A stretch of DNA of 64,000 nucleotides from Narcine bancroftii (lineage: Eukaryota), in the NCBI RefSeq assembly GCF_036971445.1, contig NC_091477.1, positions 3,100,001-3,164,000 on the forward strand, read 5' to 3'. Position numbers and translations under genes: made by a program. How positions within the stretch are numbered: position 1 is the first letter of the stretch; each line of letters begins with the position of its first letter. Shown here piece after piece: positions 37,863-51,794 of this stretch. Below the pieces are notes generated by a model that saw only the letters and a program-made list of their open reading frames with translations, was not told the origin of the DNA and searched no databases.

Positions 37863-38041
37863 TGACTGGGCCCCTGTGGGCAGAGTACTTGCTCTCAATG
37901 CGCTTCGTTGTCTTCTGGAGGTTCGTAATCTTGTCCTGTTGTTTCAGGAGGAACATGATGCTGGCCACTTGGCCAGCGATCAGCATCGCCACCAGGATGG
38001 ACACGCCCGTGTAGAGGAGGCCTCGAGCCCAGCTGCGGCTC
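37863..38041 (-). CDS. CD74: CD74 exon 2 (transmembrane segment)
   Basis: SRSWARGLLYTGVSILVAMLIAGQVASIMFLLKQQDKITNLQKTTKRIESK; human has [30 protein letters not shown]. Acceptor tctttcag|, donor |gtaagc, 179 nt, phase 2-1. Confidence 0.96.
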
Positions 38042-40322
38042 CTGAAAGACACAGCTCACTGGTAAGGAAGAGGGACACTCTGACATTCCCCAAACAGGAG
38101 CGTCTCCCAACCTGCAGTCTGCGAACCATTGATCATCCAAGGGTTTGCATGGAAGATCCTCGACGATAAGCAAAGATGTGTAATTACTGATGTAATAAAT
38201 AGCAAAATAGAACATAAATGAGAAAGTCTGTAGTCGCTGGGGAAGAGTGCAACACACAAACGTGCTGGAGAAAAGGATGAGGGGGGACCTCGTGGAGACA
38301 CTTCCAATGCTGAAAGGCCTGGACAGAGTCGATGTGACAAAGTTGTTTCCTGCGGTCGGGGAGTCTAGGACAAGGGGGCACAATCTCAAGATAAAAGGGC
38401 ATCAAATGAAAGCAGAAATTTCTTTCATCAGAGGGTCGTGAGTCTGTGGAACTTGTTGGGTGTACATTACGCAGAGATTGACAAGTATTTGACAAGTCAG
38501 AGCATCAAGGGTTACGGGGGAGAAGGCTGGGGAGTGGGGCTCAGTGATAATATCAGCTCATGATGGGCCGATTGACCTACTTCTGTTCTTGTGATCTTGT
38601 GAATTCAGCAGATCACACTACAATGTTCCCTCTTGTCTTTAGTCATCAGTTTGACCAAAAATCTTACGTTATGCAAATTGTTGTCCTGTGACAAAGGTCT
38701 GTGCGGACTGAACACTTGTGTACATGGAAAGCTCTCTCATGGCTAATAAAACTGTACTGGCATGTTTTGTTTAACCGACTAACTAGTTAACAGAAACAGT
38801 TAGCTAAGAGATGATTTTCAATAAGTATTACGAATTACTACATTATTTTAGGTCACTAATAATCAGTGCACATTGATTTCCTTTGTGCGCTGGTGGCAAA
38901 ACATGTGGGTGCGCCACACACGCTCACAGGGGTCACACAGCATCCACCGCCTCCCCGTCTCTCTCTTTCCCTCCAGCTCCCCTTCTCCTTCCCTTTCTTC
39001 TTCTATCACACTGCCACCCTCTCCAGCCAGAGAAGAATAACGGGCCTGGGAACTTCATCAGGTGTGAGAAAAAGCAATCGGGCACCTAAATATAAAAGGT
39101 GGGGGGGAGGGGGAGGAGGGAGGATGGGGAAAGAGGAGGAGACAGGCTAAAAGGTAAGTGGTCTTAAGTGTAGTGGACCGTAGAGAACATCTGGCTGGTT
39201 GCATCACTGCCTGGTATGGAGGTGCCAACTCCAGGACATGAACAAACTCCAGAGGGTTGTTAACTCGGCCTGCGACATCACGGGCACCAGACGTCACTCC
39301 ATCAAGGACATCGACATGAGGCGGTGTCTTAAAAATGCAGCCTCTATCCTCAAAGACCCCCCCCCCCCCACCTAGGCCACGCCCTCTTCACTCTGCTACC
39401 CTCGGGGAAAAGGTACAGGAGCCGAAAGACGAACACTGAACTGCACAAGGACAGCTTCTTCCCCTCTGCCATCAGATTCCTGAATGATCAATGAACCACA
39501 AACACGGCCTGACTGACTTTTTCTTGCACTGTTATTTTTTAAATTTATTGTTCTAAGGTGGTTTATGTGAATATTTGAAGTGTGAAGCTGACGCAAAACA
39601 ACGAATTTCATGACATGTCCTTGATAATAAATCCTGATTCTGAAAGAAGCTGAGAAGTGATTGGGGGACAGGTCTTCTCTCTGATAGAAGGAAGGGAGTG
39701 GGTGGAAAGCTGGAGGAAGGGAGACGGAGGGTTGAAAGGACAAGAGAGACACGGGGTGGGGGGGAGATTAGGCTCAATTTTAACATTTAATAAAAAATTG
39801 GACAGGTACATGCATGAGAGAGATATGGAGGGATAGACCAGGTGCAGGTCAATTGGACTGGGCAGAATAATAGTTTAACACAGACTAGAAGGGACGAAGG
39901 GCCTGTTTTTGTGCCATAGTGTTCTATGATTCTATGCGGTTAACTGAAATTGTTAATGTCATCTGGTTGTCGAACTCCATTTTGTGGAGGAACTCAGCAG
40001 GTCAAACAACATCTGTGGGTGGGAAGGGTCAGTCAACATTTCAAATTGGGACCCAGTATTGAGACTGAGAATGTTTGGGTAGCAGGGTGAATGGACAAAG
40101 GGAGCATACAAATCATGTGGGGTAAAACAGGAACTACACTGTTATCTTGCCCAGAATTTCATGTCCTTCTGACATCCGTAGAACCAACCCTGCTATAATC
40201 AGAGCAGCTCAGCTGTCTGAAACCAAAGCCCATTCCCCCTCCAGGGAGGGAAGCATCTCAGGAGACTATGAGAGGTGTTGGTGTGTGACTAGCCGAGGTT
40301 CAGGAGCACACAGAGGGCTTTA

Positions 40323-40324
<2 letters not shown>

Positions 40325-40359
<35 letters not shown>

Positions 40360-40500
40360 TCACACCCACTCTCACTCTCTCAATCGCTCTCTCTGACACA
40401 CTCTCTCCCTCTGTCTCTCTCTATCTCTCTAATTCTCTCTCCCTCTCTCTTCTCTCTTTCTTTTTACCTCTCTCTCTCTCTCCCCCCCCCCCCCCCCATT
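40325..40500. repeat. (CT)n microsatellite and poly-C
   Basis: Directly visible. Confidence 0.9.
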
Positions 40501-41019
40501 TATCTTCATCTCCATAAAGGGTCCTGACACGAATCAATGACCATCTCTCCCCATAGATGCTGCCTGACCTGCTAAGTCCCTCTAGAAGCTTATTGGATGC
40601 TCATTCTGAAGGCAGTTCTATCCAGGGATCAACATGTAGCCATGATTCAAAGTTATTGTCATATGTAGCAAATATGCAGTGATAGTTTGTTTGGCAAGCA
40701 GTCTAGTTAAACATTCCATACATAGTACAAGAAGTCAGACACAGAACAGAAGTACAGAGACAAAGAGAATGCAGCTGAGATGGAACAAAGACAGCATGAC
40801 TTTACAATTGGAGTTTTTATATCTTTAAGTCAGAAGTAGGTTGGATGATATTTGGAGCATGGAGATGGCAGGTTACAAGGTTGGTCATGGACGTGGCAAA
40901 TTATGATCACATTGAGGGTCAGGGCCAGGCTGAAGGGGATGTGTGGTCTCCCCATGTTCAAAATTTAATGGTTTCTACAGGATACGTGGTGGAGGCAAAT
41001 TCACCCAGACGGTACAGCA

Positions 41020-41985
41020 GATCACAGTTCACACCAGTGCAGCACACTCAGCGAGTGTGAACATCGCTTGGAAGTACAAAACATGAGGCTTCATTGATGC
41101 ATAGGTTCTGGGCTTGCCCTAGTTTAAAACATTTTTGGAAAAACATCTTTCAAACTTGATCAGTTATTTTTAAGGTCAAATTAGAGCCATGGCCCCTCAA
41201 ATACTTTATTTGGTTTTCCTCCAGAATAGGAAATATTCTCCACTTCATCTCAAAGTGAATCTTAGCTTTTACCTCTCTGGTAAATGGACAATGAAATGGA
41301 AAGACAGTGATCACCTACTCATGCTCAGTGGCTGTGGGATATCGTGTCTTCCCTCAGTTTATAAAAAAAATCAGAATATTAAAAATGAAAAGTTTCATTT
41401 TCATAAGACATGAAATTACTATTCATAATATAAAGAATGAAGGGGGTTGGATGCTCCAGAGACATGCTGACTGGTTTCTGAAGTCGTCATTCGATTCTTA
41501 TGTGAATTATTTATATAAATTAACCATGTTTAGAGGGAGGGGTTTAATTAAATGACTTTTTTTTCTCTTCATTTCTTTTTTTACATTAGAGACATAAAAA
41601 ATAAATGTGAGTTTAGTTGAGAATTGTAAACTTTGATCATATTACAGAAAGTAAAGTTAATATCTGAGAAGTACAAATCCTCTTTTGTTTTATTTATAAC
41701 CTAACTTAAAAGAAAGTTTGTTTTTGGCTCAGGTTTTTATTTACTTTCCCCCTTTTTGGGGTTTGTCCCTTTTCTTTTCAATATTACCGTTGATATATTA
41801 TGAAGAAAGTGTCAAATGTTAACTCAATCTAATCCTAGATTTAATGTTTTGGATAAGATTTAGAAATGAATGATGATCATGTTTTAGATTTACAATTAAC
41901 GTATGTTCTGTACAAAATATGTTTTAGGCCATTTAGTAGATTATTATGTGTAAAGTTTTTTATTAAATTCAATAAAATATTTTAA
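41020..41985 (+). mobile_element. Old L1/Tx1-type LINE 3' fragment
   Basis: Degenerate ORF2 C-terminal sequence followed by an AT-rich tail with aataaa. Boundaries are rough. Confidence 0.5.
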
Positions 41986-42445
41986 AAAGAAAGGAAGTAG
42001 GAGATGGTGGAGAGGCCGAATTTCTTTACTGCTGTTATCAGATTCTTGAATGGACTCCTCACTGTGTTTTTCACCACGCCCCGCATTGTGCCTTTGTAGC
42101 ACCACACCCTGCAATCTGACTCACTATGACCACAAGAACATAGGACATCAGAGTAGAGATAGGCCATTGATTCTGCCCCCTTCCCCATTTAATCATGAGC
42201 TGATCCATTCTCCCACTCAGCCCCACTGCCCAACCTTCTCCCCATAACCTTTGATGCCCTGGCTTATCAAGAACTTGTCAATCACTGCCTTAAATACACC
42301 CAATGAACTGGCCTCCACCACTGCCTGTGGCAACATGTTCCACAGATTCAACACCAAACCCTGCACTTAAGTATAGGTTGACCTATCTGGATAGCACACA
42401 GAACAAAGATTTCCACTGTATCTTGGTATACATGACAATAAATAA

Positions 42446-42448
<3 letters not shown>

Positions 42449-42514
<66 letters not shown>

Positions 42515-42522
42515 TGCGTGTG
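42449..42522. repeat. (GT)n(GCGT)n microsatellite
   Basis: Directly visible. Confidence 0.95.
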
Positions 42523-43149
42523 CATCTATATGCTTGCACACAGGTATACATGCCCTACATTTTGCATGGGGGCATTTTTAACATTTTTCACATCCTACAG
42601 ACCTCCTTGATGGTCATTTTCAACCCCCCCCTCTCCTGCCTTCACCCCATATCCCTTGATTCCCCTCCTGATCAAGAATCTATCCTCCTCCTTCTTAAAT
42701 ATTCCTGATGTCCTGGCCTCCACAGGTCCACGGCAACAAACTCCACCCCCCCCCCCCCCCCACTGGGTGAAGAAACTCCTCCTCATTTGTGTTCTGAAAG
42801 AGTTGCACAAGGAAGTCTGCAGACCTTGGGGTCAAGCCCAAGAACAAGCGTGCTGGTGGAACTCAGCAGGTCACGCAGCTCCCCTTGGACACGAAGGAGC
42901 ACCGACACTTTGGGTCAGGATGAAAGGGTAATGGAAGTGGTAATAATAAGCACATGATGGCAGGACCAAAGTGAGAAAGTTTCGGGCAGAAGGACGTTTT
43001 TGTTCCCTCTGCACCCAGACTCTCCCGCCAGGAAACAATCCTCTCCACACCCACTGGACCCGGTCCATGTCGACCCAAACTGCTTGTAAAACAAACTTTA
43101 CCACTGCATCTTGGCGCTTGTAACAATAAAATGAGAGCTTGTATTGTTC

Positions 43150-44200
43150 TTTTTATAATTTTTAATTTGATACTTCACCATGAACCATGTCAATAAAAAT
43201 ATATACAAATATTCCGCATTAAAATATACAGTGACATTTTCATTTCCCCCCCTTCCTCCCACCCTCCCCACCCCAATAACTCAAAGGATTGAAAGAGAGA
43301 AAGAAGAAAAGTAAACAATAAAAGAACACACAAGAAAAAGAAATCGTGTCGTCCAAAATTCCATATTTAAATGTTTTTGTACTTGTACCTTATGACTTTA
43401 AGAGACGGAGGCCGAAATTTGCAGGTCCCAAATTTGTTCAAATAAAGCATATTTGTCTTTTAGATTGTAGGTAATTTTTTTCTAATGGAACATACTTGTT
43501 CATTTCGATGGACCATTGTTGTATTTTTAAGGTTGTTTCCATTTTCCAAGTTATCATTATGCACTTTTTTTGCTGCTGAGAGCGCAATCATTAATAAATC
43601 TTTTTTGAATCCTGTCTAATTTTAGGCCTAATTCTTTGTCTTTATGTAGTTTAACAGGAAGATTTCTGGATCTTTTGGTATCTTATTTTTTGTAATTCTA
43701 TTTAATATTAGGTTTAAATCCTCCCAAAACTTTTCACTTTTGCACATGTCCAAATTACATGTAATGTTGTTCCAATTTCTTGTTTACAGAGGAAGCATTT
43801 GTCTGATATTGTTGGATTCCATTCTTTTAAATTTTGAGATGTAACATATAATCTATGTAGCCAATTGCATTGTCTCGTACGAAACAGAGGATTTATTGTA
43901 GTTCTCATGGTCCCTGCACATAATTCCTTCCATGTTTCATTCTTTATTTGTATATTTAATTAGTTTTCTCAACCTTGTTTGGGTTTATATATTGCTTCGT
44001 CATTTTCCTTGCATTGCAATTTGCTACACATGTTTGTAATAATTTTTTTTTACTATTGCAGTCTCTGTAATTAAGTATTTATAGCAGCTACTCTCAGGTA
44101 ATCTTAGACTAGTTCCCAACTTTTCTTTTAAATAAGTTTTCAACTGATAGTATGAAAATATTGTACCATGTGATATTCTGTATTTATTTTTTAACTGCTC
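43150..44200 (-). mobile_element. L1 3' fragment related to the 22286-27447 family
   Basis: NWLHRLYVTSQNLKEWNPTISDKCFLCKQEIGTTLHVIWTC is similar to the 22941-23468 ORF. Confidence 0.85.
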
Positions 44201-46487
44201 AAATGGATCGGAGAGGATTGACCGTAGGTCAGTGGGGGTAGGTGGGAGTAAGTGTGCGGGATGGACTGGAAGGGCCAAATTGGCTGGTTTCTATGCTGTA
44301 TATGGTTATATGTGGTTATGGTTAAATCTACTACACATAAGGTGATGTCCCTTAGTTCGAGTCTCTCCCACCGATGGAAACAACTCACCTACCTCTATCA
44401 TATCTACGCCTTTCCTAATTTTATGTTTCTATAAGACACTGGATAGGATAGAAATGAACATAACAATGTACAGTGATGGAAATGTATGGATACAAAACTA
44501 AGGGTGGGAAGAGACTTTGAACAATTTTCCTTTTGTAAATAATTTATGGTGAATAAAGTCTATTTTGGGGTAAAAAAAAAGAACCTGACAATGAGGGAAT
44601 GGAGACTAAACCAGACCCTTGAATCCATGTAGCTGTTGACCATCCCTTTCTCTCCAAGATGCTGAGTTCCTCCAGCAGTCTGCACTTTGCTCTACAATAT
44701 TGTCATCACAGGGTGTTTAAACATAGATTTGTATCAGTTCACCGCACTCAATGTTTGCCAGGTTTAAACTTCCCATTTCATATCTGCAAAACGTTTACAA
44801 TTTTAATAGACAAGATCATGAGATATAAGTACAGAAGTAGGCCAATCGGCCCATCGGGTCTGCCCTACCATTTCATCATGAGCTGATCAACACCACTCCC
44901 CGGCCGGCCTCTCCTCTTAACCCTTGATGCCCTGACTAATCTCTGCCTTAAATACACCCCATGGCCTCACTTCCACGGCTGCCTCCACAGACTCACGACC
45001 CCCTGACGAAAGAAATTTCTCCGTGTCTGTTTTAAATTGAAGCTGTTTTTAAAAAAATATATTCTAATTTGATTTTTCAATCTTAAACAGGAGAGTACAT
45101 CATTGGTTGTTACAGACCACGTCATTTTTATCCTGTGATTTACTTATATATGACGTCTCTTCATCTCCCATTCCCACCCCCCCAACCCTCCCCCCAAGAA
45201 AAGAAAGATAGACATGATATAAAACAGAAAAGTTAGAAAAGGAGAAGAACAAAGAGAAGAAATGAGAGGTTGAATGTGGTGCCACCATTTCCCACATGCG
45301 TCCATGGAGACCATGGATGGATGACCGTTTGTCCTGAAGTTGTGCCCTCTTGTCCTAGACTCCCCGACCATGGGAAACACCCTTGCCTCATCTTCTCCAT
45401 CCAGGCCTTTCAGCATCATGTCTCTACGAGTTCTCACTCATCCTTCTGCACCCCGAGTCCAGTCCAAGAGTCGGCAATCATTCCTCATATGCTAATCCTT
45501 TCATTCCTGGTATCATTCTAGTAAATCTCCTCTGAACTCTCTCCAACACCATCACATCTTTCCTCAAATACGGTGCCCAAAACTGTACCCAGTTCTCCAA
45601 ATGCGGTCTCACCGGTACCCTATATCCCTGCTCTTCTGTGCTATTTTAGAAATGAATGCCAGCATTGTATTCGCCTTTCTCACTGCGAATGCAGTGTCCC
45701 TAACCCCTTGAATGCAAGGCACAAGATTGCAGGCACCAATGAACAGAGCATTTGCCTTCTGCAAACTCTCTCCATCAACAGATACATCAACAAGCATTTA
45801 CAAAGATTACTTTAGATGGGTAGTGGGATATTCTAAAACAGAAATGCCGGAAACACACTTCAGGTGAGGCATCGCCTTTGGGGAGAGAAGAAGTTAAAGG
45901 TTTGGTGAGGTCCGGGAGGAACTCAGCATCTGTGGAGAGAGACACTGCTGATGTTTCATGACGAAGACCCTTCAAGGATGACGAGTGAACAGTCTCAGGG
46001 GTGAAACTGAGAAACACCAGAATTGTGGATGCTCGAGGGAACAACATACACCTGGAGAAGGGATTCGGTATCAAGACTCGATAAGGAGCTCTGACCTGAC
46101 CTGCAGGCTGACCACCTCTCTCCACAGACACTGTTTGACCTCCTGAGTATTTTCTGCTTTTGTTTTAGATTTCCAGCGTCTGCAGGGTTTGTGAGGGTCA
46201 GATGGAGGTCTTGGATCTCCCACACTCCTTTATGGTACATCTCAACTGTGGGATCTGTGTCCTGCCCTGGGTAAAGAGAGGGGCCAGTCTTCTTGAGGTC
46301 AGCACCTCACCTCTGAAATATTCTCCCTCCTCCCCCTCACTGCGAACCCCTCTCCAGATAATCTGCAGCGAGCAGGCTCCGCAGGCTCTTTCCTCAGCTG
46401 TGATAACCAGGTGAACCAGTCCATTTGCCTGGAGCCCGTGACACAGGGAAGCTGAACCTACAGCGGACGGCGTGGCTCGGATCTTAC

Positions 46488-46600
46488 CTCGGGCCGGGGG
46501 CAGGGTTCGAGGGAACCCCCCTGACCTCCACAGCAACATTGCTGGCAACATCCTGCTGTGAGTTACTCAGCAGAGCGTCTTGTTGGTGGTCCATGGACAT
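46488..46600 (-). CDS. CD74: CD74 exon 1 coding part (cytoplasmic tail)
   Basis: MSMDHQQDALLSNSQQDVASNVAVEVRGVPSNPAPGP(R); compare human MDDQRDLISNNEQ. The donor AG|gtaaga is phase 2 and joins exon 2 in frame. Confidence 0.9.
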
Positions 46601-46697
46601 GATGCCCTCTGCGTGGAGTAGCAAGGCGCAGCTGGCTGCAGAGACCAGTGTGCACACTACCACCTAGATACTAACGTAATCTTAAACTCTCCAAACT

Positions 46698-46731
46698 AGG
46701 AAGTTGGCTCCTGGCTTGCTTGGAAAGTCCC
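46698..46731 (-). promoter_or_regulatory. CD74 proximal promoter: NF-kB site and ETS-like site
   Basis: Perfect GGGACTTTCC on the minus strand at 46722-46731 and AGGAAGT at 46698-46704, about 100-130 bp upstream of the ATG. Confidence 0.7.
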
Positions 46732-47009
46732 TACCATACTTAACCACACAGAGTCCACCCTCGAATATAAGCTGCCAGATTGTTCTCAGGATTACACAGC
46801 ACAGGCCCTTCAGCCCAATGTCCATGCTGACCCATATGTTAATCTACTCCAATCGCCTTTACCTGCATTTGGCTCTAAGCATAGGTGCAGGTGAAGGCCA
46901 TTCAGCCCTTCGAGCCTGCACCACCATTCTCCCTCAGTGCCTTTTTCCTGCAGTGACTTCCGATAATTTGATTCCCTTAAAGCTCACAAATAGAATAACA
47001 GAACATTAT

Positions 47010-47445
47010 ATCATAAATAAACAGGACCTTCGGCCCTTCTAAATCAGTGCCAAACCATTTTTTTGGCTGAGTACCACTACCTGCACCCAGTCCATATCCC
47101 TTCATCCATTTTCCTGCCCAAATCCTTCTTAAATGTTAAATTTGAACCCACATTCACTACCTCAGCTGGCAGCTCGTTCCACGCCCCCACCACTCTCTGT
47201 GTCAAGAAGTTCCCCATGAACTTTTCCCCTTTTATCCTTAACCCTTGTCTTCTGGTTTGTATCTCACCCACCCTCAGTGGAAAAAGCCAGTCTCCATTTA
47301 CTGTCTCTACCCCCCCACTCATAATTTTAAATTCCTCTATCAAATCTCCCCTCATTCTTCTACGCTCCAGGGAATACAGTCCTAACCTGTTTAACCTTTC
47401 CCTGTGACTCAGTTCCTGAAGCACGGGCAACAACCTAGTAAATCA
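47010..47445 (-). mobile_element. CR1-type LINE 3' fragment
   Basis: LNRLGLYSLERRRMRGDLIEEFKIM...FLTQRVVGAWNELP. Confidence 0.8.
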
Positions 47446-48537
47446 TGGTCGATGTTTTGTTCCTCTGAACCCCATTCTCCTGCCTTCTCCCCATAACCCC
47501 TGATGACCTCATTAACTGAAAAATCTACCTTCCTCCACTTTAATTCTAACCAGTGATGTGGCTTCCACAGGCACCTGTGGCAATGAACCCCAGAGATTCA
47601 CCACCCCGTGGATGAAGAAACTTCTTATCTCTGCTCTAAAGGGCCATCCTGAGGCTGTGCCCTCTGGTCTTTGACTCTCCCACCATTGGAAACATCTTCT
47701 CCACGTCCACTCATTTCAGCCCTTTCAATATTCAGAAGGTTTCAATGGGATTCCCCCTCCCCACAACCACCTCAACCTTCTAAACTCCAGCAAGTAAGGT
47801 TTACAGAGCCAGAGCGACAAAGGACAAGAGAAGACTTCATGAAGTGTGTAAGATTATGAGGGGCTTAGATGGAGTGGACAGCCATCAGCTGTCTCTCAGG
47901 GCAACAATAGCAAATAGCAGAGGACGTCTGTTTAAGGAGAGGGGAGGATAGTTTAGGGGAGACGTCAGGGGTAAGTTTTTAACACGGAGAGTGGCGGGGG
48001 CCTGGAATGCATGGCTGGGGGTGGTGATGGAGGCTGGAACAATAGAGACATTTATAAAACTCTTTGACAGGCACATGGATGGAAGAAAAATACAGGGCTG
48101 TGGGTGTGAGGGAGAGAAGGGTTAGAATGTTGTGGTGCAGGTTTACATGGGTCAGCACAGCACCGTGGGCTGAAGAGCCTGTGCTGTGCTGGAATGTTCT
48201 GTGAGTACAGGCCCAGAACCATCAAACAATCCTCATAACCAGGAGCTAATCCTGCAAATACCTTCTGTTTCCTATTGCTGATCCAGTTTACCAAGTTGAC
48301 CGAGATCCCAAAACCCCTAACCTTTTGGGTCGAGGACCAGTGTGGGACCTTGTCAAAGGTTGGTCCCATGTAAACCAGTTCTCGTCGATACACCGCTGCT
48401 TCCTCCATGGTTCGCAAGGGTGAAGTCTGCTGTGAGAGCTGTGGTGAGTCTGCGGGACACGCACAAACGCAGCTAATCACCTCTTCATTACAGCCTTGGA
48501 TAGTCCTTCAAAACTGTGTCTCATCTGCAGACCTTTG

Positions 48538-48571
48538 CCTAGCAACCACTGAGTCACCGGTCACAGCCAAT
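48538..48571 (+). promoter_or_regulatory. MHC-II-type X1-X2-Y module 1
   Basis: CCTAGCAAC-cac-TGAGTCA, then 10 nt, then CCAAT. The X1 core and X1-X2 spacing match HLA-DRA CCTAGCAAC-aga-TGCGTCA. Confidence 0.75.
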
Positions 48572-49354
48572 GGCTGCCGCTTGCCCATGGCCCTTGTCTC
48601 AGCCATTGCAGAAGTAAAACCATTCAACCAAGCCCCTGTAGGCTGTCAGCCTTGGCTCGGTTCCAGTACTCGGTTCTCCTCAGTTCGAACGGCTGCAAGC
48701 ACAGGATAGGACCGTGGGTTTATTGGAATCGTGGGGAGAACCACAGAACATTAGAGCACAGAAAAGAACTGTGGCCCTTCTAGTCTGTGCTGAACTATTA
48801 TCCTGCCTCGTCCCACTGACCTGCACTGAGTCCATACCCCTCCATACCCCTCCCATCCAAGTACCTGTCCAAATTCTTCTTAAATGTTAACATTGAGCCC
48901 GTATTCACCATCACAGCTGGCAGCTCGTCCCACGCCCCCACCCCTCAGCAGATTAAATGTTGTCCTTTATATAGCCAACATTTTGGGCTTGAGTCCTTTA
49001 TCAAGGTATGGCGTAGATAGGTCAGCACAACATTGTGGGCTGAAGGGCCGGTACTGAGTTTACATTCCATAAAGGGAGCCGCCATTCTAAACCTTTATTT
49101 GGGTATGGCCCCCACTTGGGAACTGGAAAGGCAGGTCGGTGGAGATGAGCCCATCATCAGATCACCCATGACCACATTGAATGGTAGAGCAGGCTTGACG
49201 GGCCGAATGGCTTCCACCTGCATTTATTTCTTGGGTTCCCTGTGAAGCAGCTAGAATTTAGTTTCTTCCGTCCTTCTCTCCTACCGACTAAAAAAAATTT
49301 AATGATTTCAGCCTGTGACACCCCCACCCCGCACACCCCCTCCCCTCACACACA

Positions 49355-49615
49355 GCACGGTTGGTGTAGCGGTTAACCTCACGCCTTTACAGTGCCAGCG
49401 ATCAGGACCAGGGTTTGAATCCCGCCCTGTCTGTAAGGAGTGTGTACATTCTCCCTGAGACTGCGTGGGTTTTCCCCAGGGGCTCCGGTTTCCTCCCAGT
49501 GTTCAAAATGTACAGGGTGTGTAGGTTAATGGGGTGTGATTTGGGCAGCATGGGCTTGTGGGGCGGAATGGCCTGTTACCATGTTGTGTGTCCAAATTTA
49601 AAAAAATAAATTTAA
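49355..49615 (+). mobile_element. tRNA-derived SINE
   Basis: ggttggtgtagcggtt...gggtttgaatccc A/B boxes; same family as 8150-8385. Confidence 0.75.
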
Positions 49616-50299
49616 ATGTGGTGTGGCCCCCGTTGAGAATGGCTGGTTTATAAGTATAGGGGCTGCATGCAGACAGATGGGACTAGTATGGCCAGTACGG
49701 TGAGTCTGGGCCAAAGGGCCTGTTCCCGTGCTATCAGTATCTGGGACAAACGCTGTGAAAACAGGATACGGATGGAATCAAAGCCCAGAGTCAGCATCTT
49801 CCTGCAGTGAAAACAGAACATGGATCCCAACCCAGCTTTCACATCCACAAGATGTCCCAGTGTGGTCTGTAACATGGTCCACGTGCTTCAGGGGGAAGGG
49901 GCTCATTTCCGAGTCAGTGCAGAGAATGCTGCAACAACAATTTGCATTCATATAGCGCTTTCATCCAGTAAAGGAGAATGGATTAAAGGTGCGGCTTGTA
50001 TACGAAGGAGAGGCCAAGAGGGCGATGGACCCTCAGTCACTGACAATGTTGACAGACTGATAGATTATGTGGACAGTCAGGCCATCAAGGGGCATGGGGT
50101 GAGTGTAGGAAAGTGGTGTGAAGATGGATCAAATGTTCACAGATGGGACTTGAGAGGCTGAATGGCCCCCACTTGTTTCTACTTCCTCGAACTTTCCATT
50201 CTGTGTAGTGAGTTGCAGTGTGGGCGACTTGAAACTGCCCAGGGGAAGGACAGGCTTGGTTTCCTTCCCCAATTCTACAAAGCACAACCAAAGATTCTA

Positions 50300-50331
50300 C
50301 CCAACAACTGATGAATCACACAACAGCCAAT
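50300..50331 (+). promoter_or_regulatory. MHC-II-type X1-X2-Y module 2
   Basis: CCCAACAAC-tga-TGAATCA, then 8 nt, then CCAATCAG. Confidence 0.6.
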
Positions 50332-50520
50332 CAGGACTCCAAACAGGCAATCAGGGCTCCAAACAGGCAATCAGGGCTCCAAACAGCCAATCAGGACTCC
50401 AAACAGGCAATCAGGGCTCCAAACAGTCAATCAGGGCTCCAACAGGCAATCAGGGCTCCAAGCAGCCAATCAGGGCTCCAAACAGCCAATCAGGGCTCCA
50501 AACAGCCAATCAGGGCTCCA
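50321..50520 (+). repeat. 20-bp CCAAT-box minisatellite (aaacagccaatcagggctcc), 10 units
   Basis: Five units keep AGCCAATCAG; the others have GCAAT or TCAAT. Confidence 0.95.
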
Positions 50521-51794
50521 TTGGTTTGCAGTCAGTGCAACACTGTTACAGCACCAGTGACCAGGGTCTGAATCTAGTGCTGTCAGGGAGGAGTTTGTAT
50601 GTTCTCCCGTGTCTGCGAGGGTTTTCCCTGGGGACTCCAGTTTCCTCCCTCCGTTCAAAATGTACCTGGATTGTAGGTCAATAGGGTGTAATTGAGCAGC
50701 ACAAGCTCATGGGCTGGAAGGGCCTGTTACCGCACTGTGGGTCTAAATTAAATATCAAACTGCAGAAAACTTCTTTCCCCTCACACTCTCTCCCATCTCC
50801 ACTCTTCTCAGGACTCCTCCCCATGAAAACATGGATGAACATCTGCTCTCCATAATCTATGGACCCAAACACTCCTTCCAAGCAATTAGATCTCACAGAG
50901 TCGTGCAGCACAGAACAGGCCCTTTGGCCCAACACATTCATGCCAACCCACTGATATTCTGGGCTAGTCCCATTTGCCTCCATTTGATCTATATCCTTAG
51001 AACATAGAACATTCCAGCGCAGTACAGGCTCTTTAGCCCATGACATTGTGCCTTCCTCTATGAACTATAGAACACTACAGCACAGAAAACAGGACATACA
51101 GCCCTTCTAGTCTGTGCCAAAACATCATTCTGCTATTTCCACTGGTCTGCACCAATTCCATAACCTACTCAACAATCTAACCCTTCCCTCCCTCACACCC
51201 ATAACCCTCTATTTTCCTTGCATCCATGTACCTGTCCATACGTGTTTTAAATGTCTCTATTGTACCAGCCTTCAGTACCCATGGCAAGGCATTCAAGGTA
51301 CCCACCATACAAACTGTGTAAAAAACATACCCCTGATATCTCCCCAAACTTCCCTTCCTTCACTTTGTAGATATGCCCTCTGGTGTTTGCTACTCCCACC
51401 CTGGGAGAAAGGAGATGGCTGTTCACCCTATCTCCTCTCAGAATCTTGTAAACCTCTTCTAAACCCTTCCTGTCTGTATGTCTGACCAAATGTCATTTGA
51501 ATGTCTTAATTGTTCCCACTTCTAGTTTCCTCTGGCAATTCATTCCAGATATGGACCACCCTCTGTGTGAAAAGGTTACCCCCGGCCCCTCTTAAATCTC
51601 TCCCCTCTCACCTTCAACCCGTGACCCTCTCGTTATAGAACCATCTACCATGGGGACTGATGGTGCTGGCCCTCCCACAATGGAATGCTCTCCCATCCAC
51701 CACCTTCATGGTGCACTCTCTGCGCACCACACGAGGCCAGTTTATAGAATCTTTTCTTAATTTTCCGAAACCTAAACTCAACCAAGACCCTCTG

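Noticed and set aside
48260-48410. MEEAAVYRRELVYMG as a possible CD74 exon 1
   Set aside because: It runs into FDKVPH...WI..RKQ, a CR1 RT fragment. The exon at 46488-46600 fits better in sequence, phase and promoter context.
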